This document shows, piece after piece, positions 63,876 to 64,000 of a stretch of 64,000 nt of DNA; the stretch's first letter is position 1, and every line of letters begins with the position of its first letter. The notes beneath the pieces were generated by a model. It was not told where the DNA came from. It ran no database searches and was given only the letters and a program-made list of their open reading frames with translations. Source of the DNA: Squalus acanthias (Eukaryota). The stretch spans positions 120,220,001-120,284,000 of the forward strand of contig CM059431.1 of assembly GCA_030390025.1 (NCBI GenBank), written 5' to 3'. The translations under genes were made by a program, and so were the position numbers.

Positions 63876-64000
63876 GGTACCAGGAATGTCACGTGCTGTC
63901 TGCACTACTTTCACCAGGCACGAGCCGATTGTGCATCGTGATCCCTGCGCCCGTTTTCGGGCCTAATCTAATTTTTAGCCCAAGAGGTTTCTGTTCTTTA

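Larger units (their letters stand above)
57900..63981. mobile_element. Second Harbinger remnant (transposase 5' stub +, Myb gene -), interrupted by LINE 60776-63875; ends approximate
   Basis: Transposase stub ~58218-58555, Myb gene ~58690-60566, TIR-like end ttttagccc at 63981. Confidence 0.7.

Overview
Repeat-dominated, apparently intergenic or intronic vertebrate DNA. The repeat content (HE1-type V-SINEs, SacSINE1-like SINEs, HER1-like CR1 LINEs) points to a cartilaginous fish, probably a shark. I could not support any host protein-coding exon. The main discovery is a 6.8-kb endogenous foamy-virus-like (spumaretroviral) provirus at 34481-41262. It has paired ~1.44-kb LTRs, a 4-bp TSD (CTGG), a tRNA-Lys1,2-like PBS, and a PPT abutting the 3' LTR. 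Its coding remnants are an open 194-aa ORF resembling the foamy Gag N-terminal domain plus protease, RNase H and integrase pieces that align by eye to prototype foamy virus Pol. The capsid, protease active site, RT core and env are missing. The provirus sits inside a different ~1-kb solo LTR (33743-41521, TSD ATCT), and a second 1.69-kb solo LTR lies at 26845-28534. The rest of the window is many PIF/Harbinger transposons (decayed transposase plus Myb/SANT genes, and MITEs with 3-bp TSDs), CR1 and L2 fragments, and SINEs. It also holds a near-full-length ORF1-less LINE with a tRNA-like head, whose head and tail recur as a short bipartite SINE-like element. All alignments were done by eye from memory; no database search was run.
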